Assembly: GCF_009914755.1 (NCBI RefSeq)
Contig: NC_060926.1
Source of the DNA: the human T2T-CHM13v2.0 reference genome, Homo sapiens
Length of the DNA stretch: 64,000 bases
Direction: 5' to 3' (one strand)
Each line of letters opens with the position of its first letter. Position 1 is the stretch's first letter. The notes beneath the pieces are model-generated. The model saw only the letters and a list, made by a program, of their open reading frames with translations. It searched no databases and was not told the DNA's origin. Positions 14,653 through 29,876 of this stretch are shown here, in pieces. Made by a program: the position numbers and the translations under genes.

Positions 14653-16622
14653 TTAAACAAAGCTAACGACCACAGCGACTCTGTGGCGGGGATATATATG
14701 TACCAGTCCACAAATGTGCAAGGAAAAACAACTTCATTTTTCTATAAGTCAACTCAGTTTCTATTCTGAGGCTTGACTTTGACAGGATGAGGCACTTAAT
14801 AGCTTTAGAGTTGTAGTCCTGCCCCACCTTTGCCCAGAGGTGAGGGGTCGGAGTTGAGGTGCGCCCTACCTGTGCTGGGGTGTAGTGTCTAGTTCATCCT
14901 CAGATGCTGAGACAGTGCTCCTGCCTCTCCACACAGGCCAGAGAGACCAGCACTCAGTGGCACCCTGAGCCTCGCCCACCAGGATTTTCCTTTCATCAGT
15001 TTTTCCTTGCTCACCCACTGGGTGCTATGACAAGAAGGTGCTTTCTCTACAGCTATCTTCTGCTTTTTAGCCATGGCTTCAGTTTCTGTTCTCAATTCCA
15101 GGGTAAGTTTCAGTTCTTTATTTTCATCCCTGATGTAAGACCTGATTCTGAGGTCTAATGATTTGGTAATGAAATGAGGTAGTTTTGCTTGGAGACTCCT
15201 ACACTGCCCTTTTTTCATCATGAATGTTTTAGAACATTTCCTAACTAAGGCATTTCTTATTAGTATTCCTCCTAAACCAAGTACTTTGTTTCACTTAAAT
15301 GATGAGTATATATATATTAGAGCCATATTGGTTAATACAGCGTTGGTACTTGGATTTCTTTCATTATAAATTAATTATTTATCTAAATAATTGAAAAAAT
15401 CCAATTTAAATGGAATCATAGTACTAAAATTTTGTGAGGGAATTTTTAGCACTATTATTAGACACTGTTTTACTTTGTCTGCAAACTGGGGGTTTTAATA
15501 TAAAATGTTAGGAATTAAAGTAATCGAGGTCAGTAGCCAGCAGTGTATGTCAGTATCATCTGTGGGGGCTTCTTAAAATACAAAAGCCTGGGTCCTATCT
15601 GCAAAGGCCCTGATTTGGAGAGTTTCCTGGAGGTCTGAACCCTGTATCCCACGGACCACAAGCCAAAAGTCCAGTCCAGCCCCCTCATTCTTTTTACCGA
15701 TGAAGAAACTGAAGGTCCCCAAACCACAGGAATTTGTGTAGCCTCCCACATGCGAAAGAAGTGGTTTCAACAAGTACATCCCAGCAGACTCTGACTCCAA
15801 AGCCGGGGTAAAGCTTTCTGGGTGACGATGTTTAAAACAGAACGCGATGTTTGTCATGTCTTTGTAATTCTGCAAGTGAAAATGATGAAGATATTCTTTT
15901 TACTGGAATCAACCCTCGGGTGGTCAGGTTAGCAGTTCCCAAAGGTCATATTTACATTTTAGCCGAGCCAGTTGTCTAAAGAGAAAGTGTCTTTCTTCCC
16001 TGCCTGTGGTGAAGCTTAAGTTTACAACAGGACTGGGGGCATGCAGTGGACACAACCATGATTACGAGAGGGTGGAGAACGCAGGGGACCAGCAACCCCA
16101 TCACGGCTCAGGGACCCTCACGGGACTTGATGCTCAGAGAGGCAGTTGACACGTATTGCAGGCACACTGGCTGAGTTCCTTCAGGACATGGACAGAGGAG
16201 GAGGCCCCGTGACACAGACTCATCTATATCATTGATGTCACTCTCCAGAGAGTTTAAACATGGGCCCGCCTGGGCGTCAGTGTATTCTCACCTGCAGCTA
16301 GGATTGAGAACTTTTGCTTTGGGAGACTTTCATTATCCTTTTATGTACATTACTAAAAAGTAGGAGATGGATTGCAGATAATTTAAGATGCCCAACACCA
16401 CTGCCCTACATGCACGCACATGCATGCCCACCCATGTTAAAGAATGAAAGCCCAAGCCCACGTTATCAACATATCTTAACAACGAGGCCTTGCAGAGTGG
16501 TTTGGATGAAGTTGCCACCTTCTTCTTGGTCTAAATGTCTCACTCAAGTAGCCTAACCTTCACTTGGAGAGTAACTGGCTACTTCTCAGTTCTTGCTGCA
16601 TTCTCTGGCTGGAAGTTGAAGA

Positions 16623-16957
16623 CCACCAGCCACCAGCCCACCAGTCCACCAGCCCACCAGCCTACCAGCCACTAGCCCACCACCCACCAGCCCACCAGCC
16701 CCTAGCCCACCAGCCACCAGCCACCAGCCACCAGCCCACCAGCCCACCGGCCCACTAGCCACTAGCTCAGCAGGCCACCAACCACCGGCCCACCAGCCCA
16801 CCAGTCACTAGCCCACCAGCCACCAGCCACCAGCCCACCATCCCACCAACCCAGCAGCCACCAGCCCACCATCCCACCAACCCACCAGTCACCAGCCCAC
16901 CAGCCCACCAGCCCACCAACCCACCAGCCACCAGCCACCAGCCCACCAGCCCAGCAG
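16623..16957. repeat. Minisatellite of 7-8 bp CCACCAG(C) units
   Basis: ~40 degenerate units visible. Confidence 0.95.
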
Positions 16958-16999
16958 AAAAGACAGGATATAGCTTCTCAGTAACTTACATTAGTTCCC

Positions 17000-17560
17000 T
17001 TTCTTAAGAAAATCTTAATATTTGGTCTTTGTATTTGACACTCCTCAGCATCACTACAGTGCGACTGCAGGTGGATTTATTTTCATGTATTCTGCTCATA
17101 ATTCGTGTGCCTTTTCAGTTTGAGCACTCACCCTTCTTCAATTCTGGTGAATTCTCCTCCATTATCTCTTCAATATGTTGCCTCTCCCTCACTCTCCCTA
17201 TTCTCTGCTTCAAATCCCTATTTAGATTTATATTGAATTTGTCATTCTACTCTTCACATTACGTTGATTTCACTTTCATAATTTCTGCTCTTTCTCTGTG
17301 TTTTGGTCTGATTTCCTTAGAATCATCTTCCAAACTACAAGTCCTCTATCTAGTCATCTAGTTTAACTTGCCTAGGGAGTGTTTTAACCTTAATGGCTAT
17401 TTTATTTCTATTTGCTTCCTTATTTTCCCCAATATCCTCTCCCTGCCCTGTGGATTCTGTCCTTTCCTTTGTTTCTCTGAGCATCTTAAGCCTCTCAGAC
17501 TGTTTAATCATCATTAGGTTTTGCAGTGTGGGTCCCACCATTGGCTGTGTCTGCTGAGTC
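17000..17560 (-). mobile_element. Old L1M fragment (ORF1 region)
   Basis: 'tcttcaattctggtgaattctcctccattatctcttcaata' antisense L1M. Confidence 0.6.
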
Positions 17561-18867
17561 TCTCTTCCTTACGATCTCATGTAGACATGAATAGTCACCT
17601 TACACTTCTTCAGTAACATAATTCCAGTTTTTCAAGATAATATTCACTGTCTTCCTACACTGAATGCTCAGTTTACAGACTATTCTTCCCACTGATTTCC
17701 AGACCTCACATTTCGTGTGAGATAGCTCATAGTGTTTTAAAGCCCTGATTGGAGGAGAGTACTGTGGGCTGGCTCTTCTATAATTAAGATTGGGATGGGA
17801 GAAAGGAAGAAGAAAGCATGTTTCGAAATAAATTTATCAACAAGGTTTAGCAGATGGCAATTTGATTTTTTTTGAAAAAACAATAACAACAGCTTGCTAG
17901 GATGTTGTAGCTACATCACTATGAATGCTAGATTTTAAGGTTAAAAAAAAAACCCTAAAAATCTTTATTAAAGGACATCACATGATTATATTTTCTTAAT
18001 GGAAAATTCTTATGTTTCTGGCTGTTCCCCATCAGAGGTCGTTTCTAGACTACTAGACATTGGTGCTTCCCTTTTTTTGTGTATTCTTGGTGTTGCTATG
18101 ACAGTCCATCAGTGTGCAGGGATGAAACACAATGTCACACCAGTTGAGAAGACACAAAACCCTTGCCTTTGTCCTGGAAACTGAGCTTCTATTCATGCAG
18201 CCCAAGATCATCAAACCATTTTAGATAACATCACACCTCTGAGTATAAGGTTTAGTTATCTAAAACCTTGAAGATCTCACATAGAACCTGCTGCCTGGAC
18301 TCTGGAGGCAGCTGGTTGTGGGACTGCTGCTATCTCATCATTGCGACCTCAAGGGACATGTATAGAGACGGCGTGATGTGCTGTTGCACTCTCAGTATCC
18401 TGCCATGGCCCTTGCCTGGGTCTTGAATTTAGGAGCCAGTCACAGAAGGAAATGGAATGAGCTTAGGCCTCTGCCCAGAAGGACTGTCATCTTTCTGAGG
18501 GAGGAACTCTGGCCTATGTGAAACAATGGGGGTACATGGCCAAATGCTCATCACGTGGGCCAGATGAATGCTACAGGAGGGAAGGGAGAGGCCAAGGGTT
18601 GGTGAAGCTTCACAGGCAGACTCAGCTTGAATCTGGCCTTGAGGGATGAGTTGGGCCTGTGCATACAGCCCTGGAGGTACATGTGAGGATGGGTGCATGC
18701 TGGCAGCTCAGGCTGCCCCTGGGTATGAATGGGTGGACAAGTGTTGGTCATGGGTGATAGTGACAGGCAGGAGGTCAGGGGTAAGGAAGCTAGAGGGGAG
18801 CCTGCTGATAACTGACTGAACATAGGAGGGGAGGTGGTGGCAGGCAGGTGACAAGCAGGAAAAGGTA

Positions 18868-19122
18868 ATAACATAAACAGCCACTGCTCACTGAGTGCTT
18901 TCTATGTGTCGGGCTTGGTAGCTCTGTTACATGAATTATCTCATTTAATCCCCACACATCCCATCAGGTAGAGGAGGCTACTATCCTCATCTTCCAGATG
19001 GGGAATCTGAGGCTAAAGGGAGTTAAATGAGTTGCTCCAGGTTATACAGATAGCAAGTGATAAAGTGTAGATATGAACCCTGGCCATCAGGCCCCAGAGT
19101 TTGTGCTCCTAGTCATCATGAA
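18868..19122 (-). mobile_element. MIR, near full length
   Basis: 'tctcatttaatcc...cagatggggaatctgaggct'. Confidence 0.85.
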
Positions 19123-19762
19123 ATACTGTGCCTCAGAGGATTGCAGTGACTTGTCTTAATGCTGCTAAATATTGCAGGGTGGATCATCTTGGTCATGATC
19201 CTTGATTTCCACTGGCTGTCATCTTTGGAAGTAAGAATTGCTCACTCAACGGTTATGATGCTGCCAATGCCTGGCCTTATATTGTGCGTTGAGGACATCT
19301 AGATGAATCAGATTGGTCACTGCTCTTGAGGAGGTGACAGTCCCCACAAGGAGGTCACAAGAAGAGCCATGTAAACATATAATTATATTGCAGCATGGCA
19401 AATGATGACTCAGTGGATGTTTCTACAAAGTGCTCGGGAATCTCAGGAGAAGGAGTGGCCAATTCTATGAGAGGGAGGTGGGGAAGGCTTCAGGAAGATG
19501 AAGATGGTTAGGATAAGTTTTGAAGGATGAATAGTTAATCAGATAAATGTGGGAGCGTAAAGGGTTTCAAAGCAGAGGAAGTAGGGTTCAGAGGTGTGGC
19601 AATATGGGAGAGCATGGCAGGTCAGAGAATGGGCACAGCTGGAAGATATCCAAGCATAAAGTCCAAGTCTCAATTATGTTCTGCAGATTACTGTCTCTGG
19701 GAGAGTTGAGTTCTGCAGTCAAATGTGTGCTAGGATTATAGGTGTGAGACACCGCACCCGGC

Positions 19763-21345
<1,583 letters not shown>

Positions 21346-21405
21346 TTATTAAACTCTCTCCAAGTATACAATGAAGAACTTTTTCCCAGGGCCATTTGAC
21401 AGTAA

Positions 21406-21752
<347 letters not shown>

Positions 21753-22773
21753 CGACTCACTTCTTAATTTTAAATTTCTAGTAGCAGAATTTCATGGACT
21801 TAGAGTAAGGAGGAACATTTTAACATTTAAGCTGTTTAAACTGGGATGGGCTGTGCAGGGAGCTGGTAGAGTGCGGTCGTTGGTGAGGGTCAAGCACTGG
21901 CAGTGTTTTCATGAGTCAGGAACAGTGTAGAGGAGACACCCATGCTAATGTCCTGGAGCACTAACCACGTGCCAAGCATGGCGCCAAGTTAACCTCTAAG
22001 CCCTCAACAACCCTATGAGGTAGTGATATTATTGTTGCTCCTTTGCAAATAAGGAAACTGAAGCACTAAAAATTATTCAAAAAAAAACAAAGACCAACTG
22101 ACATTGGGGTGCTGTTATGTAACCAAATCTTAGAAATCAAAAATTGTACAGTAGATGTTGGAGCTTTGCTCTACACTAAGGCAGACTAAAGTAGTTGGCC
22201 TTGCCACCCCACCTCTCCTTACATTTTTAAAAAAATTATTCTTTTAAATAGTTTTTCATTTTCAGTGACTAGTCACCTAGGGGCATGTCCAAACTCTGTC
22301 AGGTGTGACAAGTCACATTGTCTGTGATTCTGACATGGAATGAAAGGTACAAATTAGTTATAATTGGCTATTTGTATTTTAACATAAAGTTAAAATAAAG
22401 TGTTATAGACTATGTAGAAAAATGATTAGTCAAAGACATTAGAAACTTTAAAAAACAGCCAAAAACCCAGAAACAAGTAGAACACTGATCAGGAAATGGG
22501 AAGTCTTTCTAAGACTGTGAGTGAACTGAAATTTCTGTATGTGTGGTCTCCTTCCATTCCTTGTGGTACAATAGAAGTGAAATTAATGGTGAAGAAGGTT
22601 TCTCGAGTTAGGAACAATCCCTGTCATTGACACATTCCTCCTTTCCCCACACTGGGCACCTTCTGCTATACAGTCCCCCTTGGCCCCTGACCTCACAGTC
22701 TCAGCCCCTCACATGCTCCCAAGCTGGCCCTCATTCCAACAGCCTTTTAAGCAGCAAGTTGTGAATCAGGGTG

Positions 22774-23243
22774 TGTCTGAGCCTCCCAGAGTTGCTGTAA
22801 AAAAACACTGCAAACAAGGTGGCTTCGAGGAACGGAAATGATTATCTCACAATTCTGGAGGTTGAAAGGACGGAATCAAGGTGTGGACAGGGCCACCTCC
22901 CTCTGCAACCTGCAGGGAAAAGACCTTTCCTTGCCTCTCCCTAGCTTCTACCAGTTTGCCAGCAGACGTTGGTTTTTCTTGACTTGTAGGTGCATTGCCC
23001 CAATCCTCCCTCTTCACGTGGCCATCTTCTTTCTGCGTGTCTGTCTCTGTGTTCAGATTTCTCCTTTTTATAGGGATACCAGTCATACTGGATTAGGGCC
23101 CACCTGAATGACTGACTTCATTTCAACTTGATTACATCTGGACAGACCCCATTTCCAAATAAGGTTACAGTGCTCACACTGTACAGGGGGCTAGGATGTC
23201 AGTCAACATATCTTTTCCGGGGAACACGATTCCACCCATCACT
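22774..23243 (-). mobile_element. MLT1C-type MaLR solo LTR
   Basis: Consensus-like body; 5 bp TSD gggtg. Confidence 0.85.
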
Positions 23244-24094
23244 GGGTGCTAGGTCAAGGGTTCAGTTCTATGTCCTTCAGCACTTATGAAACTGAGAGGA
23301 CCCCATGGTTCTGCTTCCTCAAATTACTCCCATCTTTGGGCCTGCCCAGGACCAGGCTGCAGTGATGCCAAGTGCCTGGGCTCCCAGATAACACAGCGGG
23401 CAGGCCGTCTCTATGTGAGTAACGCATCTGACGGCTCCCCAGGGCTGGAGATTACCCTGGAGCCCTCCGGCTTCATCTGACCAGGTCTCCTTGCTTTCCC
23501 TTCACTTGAAGGGCTATTTTTATCCTGTTGTGCTGTGTGTTTGCTCTCACAATTCTCCTCAACTGTTTCAGGGAGGAAATAAGGTATAAAAATAAATTAC
23601 ATGAATGGCAATTCCCTACCACAGTTTGGTGGCTTCATTACATAGCAGCACAGGGGCAGGCTATGAATGCCAGGGCCCCAGTGTTGCCATGACAACAGCA
23701 GGGCGCCGCCTCCTCCACTTGGCCCTTCCCCAACCTCCATTCCCAGTGCCAGTTCAGCCTCATGCCTCTGCCTTCTGAGAAGCCACCCCTGAACAACAGA
23801 CAGGGCTGCAGCCCTCCTCGTGCTGTCCCAGAACCCTGGGCCCTTCTGGCCACTGCACTCACCGAGTGGCCTTCCCTTAGTTCTGTCTCTCTAGAACACA
23901 AGCTCCTAGAAGTCAGGGACCATGCCTGTTCCATCGTTTGCTCCCATCAGCATCGAATTCAGAACTCTACCCATAGTAATTGCTCAAGAAATGCTAACGA
24001 ATGGTAGAAGGGAAAAGCCTATGGGGAATTGCCACAGCAGACTGGAGGACCAGGAGCTGTGATCATGGAGGGTGTCCCCAGAGCTGCTGTTATG

Positions 24095-24582
<488 letters not shown>

Positions 24583-25234
24583 CCCTAAGAGGACTCCATA
24601 ACCAGTGTCCCTGGGGTGCTCTTGCTGCTTGTTAATTGCACTCCCAGCCCATTGGAACCATTTAACTAGATTTAACACTAGGAACCAAAGAGAAAATGTC
24701 AGCAGTCTATCCCTCTGTCAGGATCATGAGCTAATGTCCCCTCACCAGAGAGAGGAACACAAGTGACTCCTTAGTTTTTCAACAAGCCTCGACCTTTATG
24801 CCTCCATGTCTTTGCATATTCAGTTCCTCTGCCGGGGAAGTCCACGCTGATGAGAACTCCTGAGTTCTTATCTATGCTTCAGGTGAAGGCAGAAATGCCT
24901 GTACATGCATAAATCCTTTTCCCCCTCATCCTCCCCTCAATTGTGTGTGTGTGTGCGTGGGTATGTAGAATCTATCTTCTCACACTACATCCTCTCTATC
25001 TGTTATGCGGTGGCATCGAAATTGATGAGCAGATAATGTGTCGTAATTAGCCCAGAGGCAAAAATCAAGCAGAACCAGAAGTGCCTTAGAAAATCTCTTA
25101 AATCTGCTGCAGAGCCTGCATCCTTGGTTTCATTTATGCAAAGCTATACAGAAATTCTTATCCTCATAAGAGAGGGTTCTACATGAAGAGAGGTACAGTC
25201 ATTGGATGCAGGCAGGCTCTAATGATACAGTCCA

Positions 25235-25458
25235 TTAAAATGGAGACCAGGTCTGAAGAACCCCTGAGCAGACAGAACCATAAGTCAGGCCTCACAAATG
25301 ACCACGACCTTGCTTGATTTGTAAACATAAGCAAAACTTAACTCGAGCTATTTCTTGTAAATATTTGTATTAAAGGAAAACAGAACTTAAGCTCAACCAG
25401 TCAGAAGCATCCAACAAACTTGTAATTATATAACTAGAGACTTTCCAACAGGATAGAC
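25235..25458 (+). mobile_element. ERV1 LTR 5' half (MER67-like, tentative)
   Basis: 'ggagaccaggtctgaagaacccctgagcagac..ctcaaccagtcagaagc'. Confidence 0.55.
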
Positions 25459-25793
25459 TAGGGGTCCCCAATACCTGGGCCGTGGACTGGTACTGGTCCG
25501 TGGCCTGTTAGGAACTGGGCCGTGCAGCAGGAGGTGGGTGAGCAAGGAGTATTACCGCCCCAGCTTTGCCTCCTGTCAGATCAGCGGTGGCATTAGATTC
25601 TCAAAGGAGCACAAACCCTATTGTGAACTGTGCATGAGAAGGATCTAGGTTGTACGTGCCTTATGAGAATCTAATGCCTGATGATCTGAGGTGGAACAGT
25701 TTCATCCCGAAACCACCCCACAGCCTTCCCATCTGTAGAAAAGTTATCTTCCATGAATCCAGTCCCTGGTGCCAAAAAGGTTGGGGACTGCTG
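25459..25793 (+). mobile_element. MER1B (hAT-Charlie)
   Basis: TIRs taggggtccccaa / ttggggactgctg; ~335 bp. Confidence 0.9.
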
Positions 25794-25825
25794 TTCTAGT
25801 GGATTCTTTTTAAAGTAAACTTTTT

Positions 25826-26086
25826 GGCCTGATGCGGTGGCTCACGTCTGTAATCCCAGCACTTTAGGAGGCCAAGGTGGGCAGATCACCTGAGATCAGG
25901 GGTTCGAGACCAGCCTGGCCAACATGGTGAAACCCTGTCTCAACTTAAAGTACAAAAATGAGCCGGGCATCATAGTGGGCGCCTGTAATCCCAGCTACTC
26001 AGAGGTTGCAGTGAACAGAGGTCGCGTCACTGTACTCCAGTCCGGGTGACAGAGCGAGACTGCATCTCAAACAACGACAACAACAA
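25826..26086 (+). mobile_element. AluS with right-arm deletion and (AAC)n tail
   Basis: 'agctactcagaggttgc' junction; TSD aaacttttt. Confidence 0.9.
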
Positions 26087-27387
26087 ACTTTTTAACTGAA
26101 GTTTCAGGTTGTGATACAATTTATGTTGTGCTGGCCTCTTAATCTTTTTGTCTTTTCTCTGTAAAGGTTTACATAATATCGTGGGATATTGGGAGAAATT
26201 TTCTATTGGCACCATCAGAGCTTAGCTTATTCTTTGTGACAGATTTTAAATTATATATTCATTTTTACCTAATAAATATAGAATGACTTATATTTTTTAT
26301 TCCTCATTGTGACTATTTTGGAAAATAGTGCTTTTCGAGGAATTTGCTCATTGCATCTAAATGTCTAAGTTTATTGGTATCAAGTTATTTATATTGCCTT
26401 CTCATTATCCTCTTATTGTCTTTAGGATCTTTATAACTGTATGTTGGTGTTTTATGCTTTTTCTCTATTTTTCTTCATTGGTTCAGGTAGGAGATTATCA
26501 ATTTTATTAGTCTAAAAACTAATTTTAGGCTTCTTAGATTTTTAAGTATTGCATGTTTGTTTTTTATTACATTGATTTTTGTTCTTTATTATTTTCTTCT
26601 TTCTATTTCTTTTGGTTTTAATTTGATGATTATCTTCTAGGTTTCTTGAAATAGTTACTTAGGTAATTGCTTTTCAGCCTTTTTCTCCCATTATAAATGC
26701 ATTTAATGCCACAAAGTTCCCTCTAAGTATGGCATTAGCTGAATGCCATACATTGTCTGTTTTTTTTATCATTTAAAATATTTCATAATTTCCATTGTGA
26801 TTTCTATGTTGACTTCTGGATTATTTAGAATAATCACATTTTCTTGTTAAATTGACTCTTTTATTATTATAAAATGTTCTTTGTCTCTAATAATAGTTCT
26901 TGTCTTAAAGTCTACTTTGTCTGATATAGCAAAGCTACACAATTTACTTTTGGTTATATTTTTTCTATCCTGTTAATTTCAACCTTTCATAGTTTCTATA
27001 TTTAAAATATTTCTTTTAAGCAGCATAGTTTTTGGCTCATTTTAATTGAGTCTGACAATGTTTTCGGTTTTTAATTACTTAGTTCATTTACATTAATATA
27101 ATTAATTCTATATCTGGGTTTAAATCAACCGTCTTATCCATTTTTCTATTTGTTCTATATTTTCATTGTTTTTTAATATTTATCCTTTCTTGACTTCTTT
27201 TAGATTAACAACCTTTTTTTGGTTGTGTTTTTGTTATTCCATTTCATGCCCCTTCCTTTATTATTAGTTACATATTCTCTTATTATTCGCTTGCCTTAGA
27301 GATTGCAAAATGCATTTTTGACTTTGTGAGTGTCCCTTAAATTAATGCTTTCACCACTTTTCAGACAGTGCAACGACCTTAGAATGC

Positions 27388-27695
<308 letters not shown>

Positions 27696-28640
27696 AGAAC
27701 ACTTTGATTTTATTACCTTCTTCTTGCCTTTTATACTATTGCTGTTATGTGTTTTAATTGAACATATAAGATCCTCAATAAAAATACTATTTAAAACTCA
27801 GTATTGACTTAGATTTATCCTCATGTTTCTGCTGGTTCTCTTCATTCCTTCTTGCACCTCCAGCTAAGATCAATCTCTACCTGCTTAAAGAAAACCTCTT
27901 CAGTTCTCTACTAGTGGACTCTGCTGGTAATACAGTCTCTCAGGTTTCTTGATTTTTTGTTTGTTTGAGTTTTTGAAAATGACCATCTCTGCAGCTTTTG
28001 AATCCTGTTTTCTCTGGGAAGAGAATTTCAGGTTGGCCATTGTCTTCTTTCAGGACTTGAAAGATGACAATGCATTTCTTTGGGCTTTTACAACTTCTGT
28101 TGAAAGTTAACTAGAAGTGTCATTGTATCTTTGAATGTAATGTGTTTTTATTCCCTTTTCTGTTTTAAAAATGTCCTTAAAATTTTCCCTTTATCCTTTT
28201 TACAATGTGCCTGGGTGTGGTTTTCATTACATGTATCCTGGGAGGATTCTTTAACCTGTGACTTGATATCTTCTATCACTTTTGGAAAATTACAAGCCAG
28301 ATTATCTGCAGTGCATGTCAGACTTTTTCACCACGTCCCAGATGTCTCTTATGCCCTTTTTATATTTTCTACTCTTTGTTTTTCCTTTCAGGACTTCAAT
28401 TTAGGTATTTTCAACTTACTTATTTTCCCATTCCTTAATTCCCTCTCCTGGGCTCAGTCTGGTGGTATTCTCATGGGGAAAGCTGGTCTGATACTAACCA
28501 GCCCATCGTAACTGAAGATATCCTCTGCAATCATTTTAAACTCTCTGGTCATTTTAATTTCACTTTGCTCACCTTTCTCAATTCTCTCTCCCCTTTATCT
28601 TACCGTGTTTCCAACTCAGTTTCTTCTCTTGAGTATTGCT

Positions 28641-28720
28641 TCACTTCTGGGCTCAAGTGATCTTTCCACCTCAGCCTCCCAAGTAGCTTGGACTGCAGGC
28701 ATGAGCCACTGCGCCCAGCC
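28641..28720 (-). mobile_element. Alu monomer fragment
   Basis: 'ggctcaagtgatctttccacctcagcctccc'. Confidence 0.75.
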
Positions 28721-29696
28721 TGTGTTTCTGAAATGGTTTCACTTTTTATCTCCCTGCTTTTCCATGCTCTGCCAACTCACATTTCATCTCTCTCTGTGCC
28801 TTGCCATGTCTTTCCTGGGCTCTCGAATTTGTGTTTCATGCTCTCCTTTGAAAAGACTAAATGCTTCATTAATTGCTTTTTTAAATTTCTGGCACTGCGT
28901 TTGGTTAACTTTTCATCTGTTTCATGGCAATGGCTTTTTTGGTGAGGGTTTTTCATGCCACTTCTCGACTGTTACTTTCATCTTTTCCTTTATTGTGGTA
29001 TCTTTGTTTAGATCCTATGACTTTTAAGAAAAAATATTTTGTAAAGAGGTGAATTCTTCCTAGAGGCTTAGATTGAAGAGGGGCTAGTGCTATGTTCCCG
29101 GCTAAAGATGGCTGTGTGTGTATGTGAGAAAGTTCTTTTATCCTCTATTTTTCCCAGATACCATAAGCAGGGTAAGACAGTTTGCACCATGCTGCCTCAC
29201 CATCAGAATGCCAGCCTAGCTTGTCTGTGTTTTTTCTCACTCAGTCCTGCCTTTCTTAGTTGTTCAGACTATGGATTTAACCAGCCTAGGGAGTCTCCAG
29301 TCACAAACCTCTAGACTGTTCCTATTGGTCCAAAAAGGGGCTGTTGGCTTTGCTACTCAGGGCATGTCCCTTACTTTGAGGAACTAGGCTTTCCTGGTTT
29401 GACTGATGGTTCCATCTGTGGGCATCCTCTCTCATTATCTTCCCACACGCCTGCTTGACCTTCACTGTATTTGGAAGTCCTTCCTCTTCTATTTTGGTTC
29501 AGGGTTCAGATGTCTCTTAATTTCTTTCAAGATAGAGTTTTGTTCCTGTTTCTTATTCTCCTTCTCACTTTTGGGTGATTTCTCAGAGAAGAGGGAAATG
29601 GTCCTCTTTATGCCACATTTAAAAACCACAGGCTTACCCTCAGAGTCTTTTGCATTCTGCATTATTTTTAGTTTCAGTTCTGTATCACATATAATC

Positions 29697-29876
<180 letters not shown>

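Noticed and set aside
16623-16957. CRISPR-like array or Pro/His/Gln-rich protein
   Set aside because: No spacers, 7-8 bp units, no cas genes; the ORFs are low-complexity artefacts
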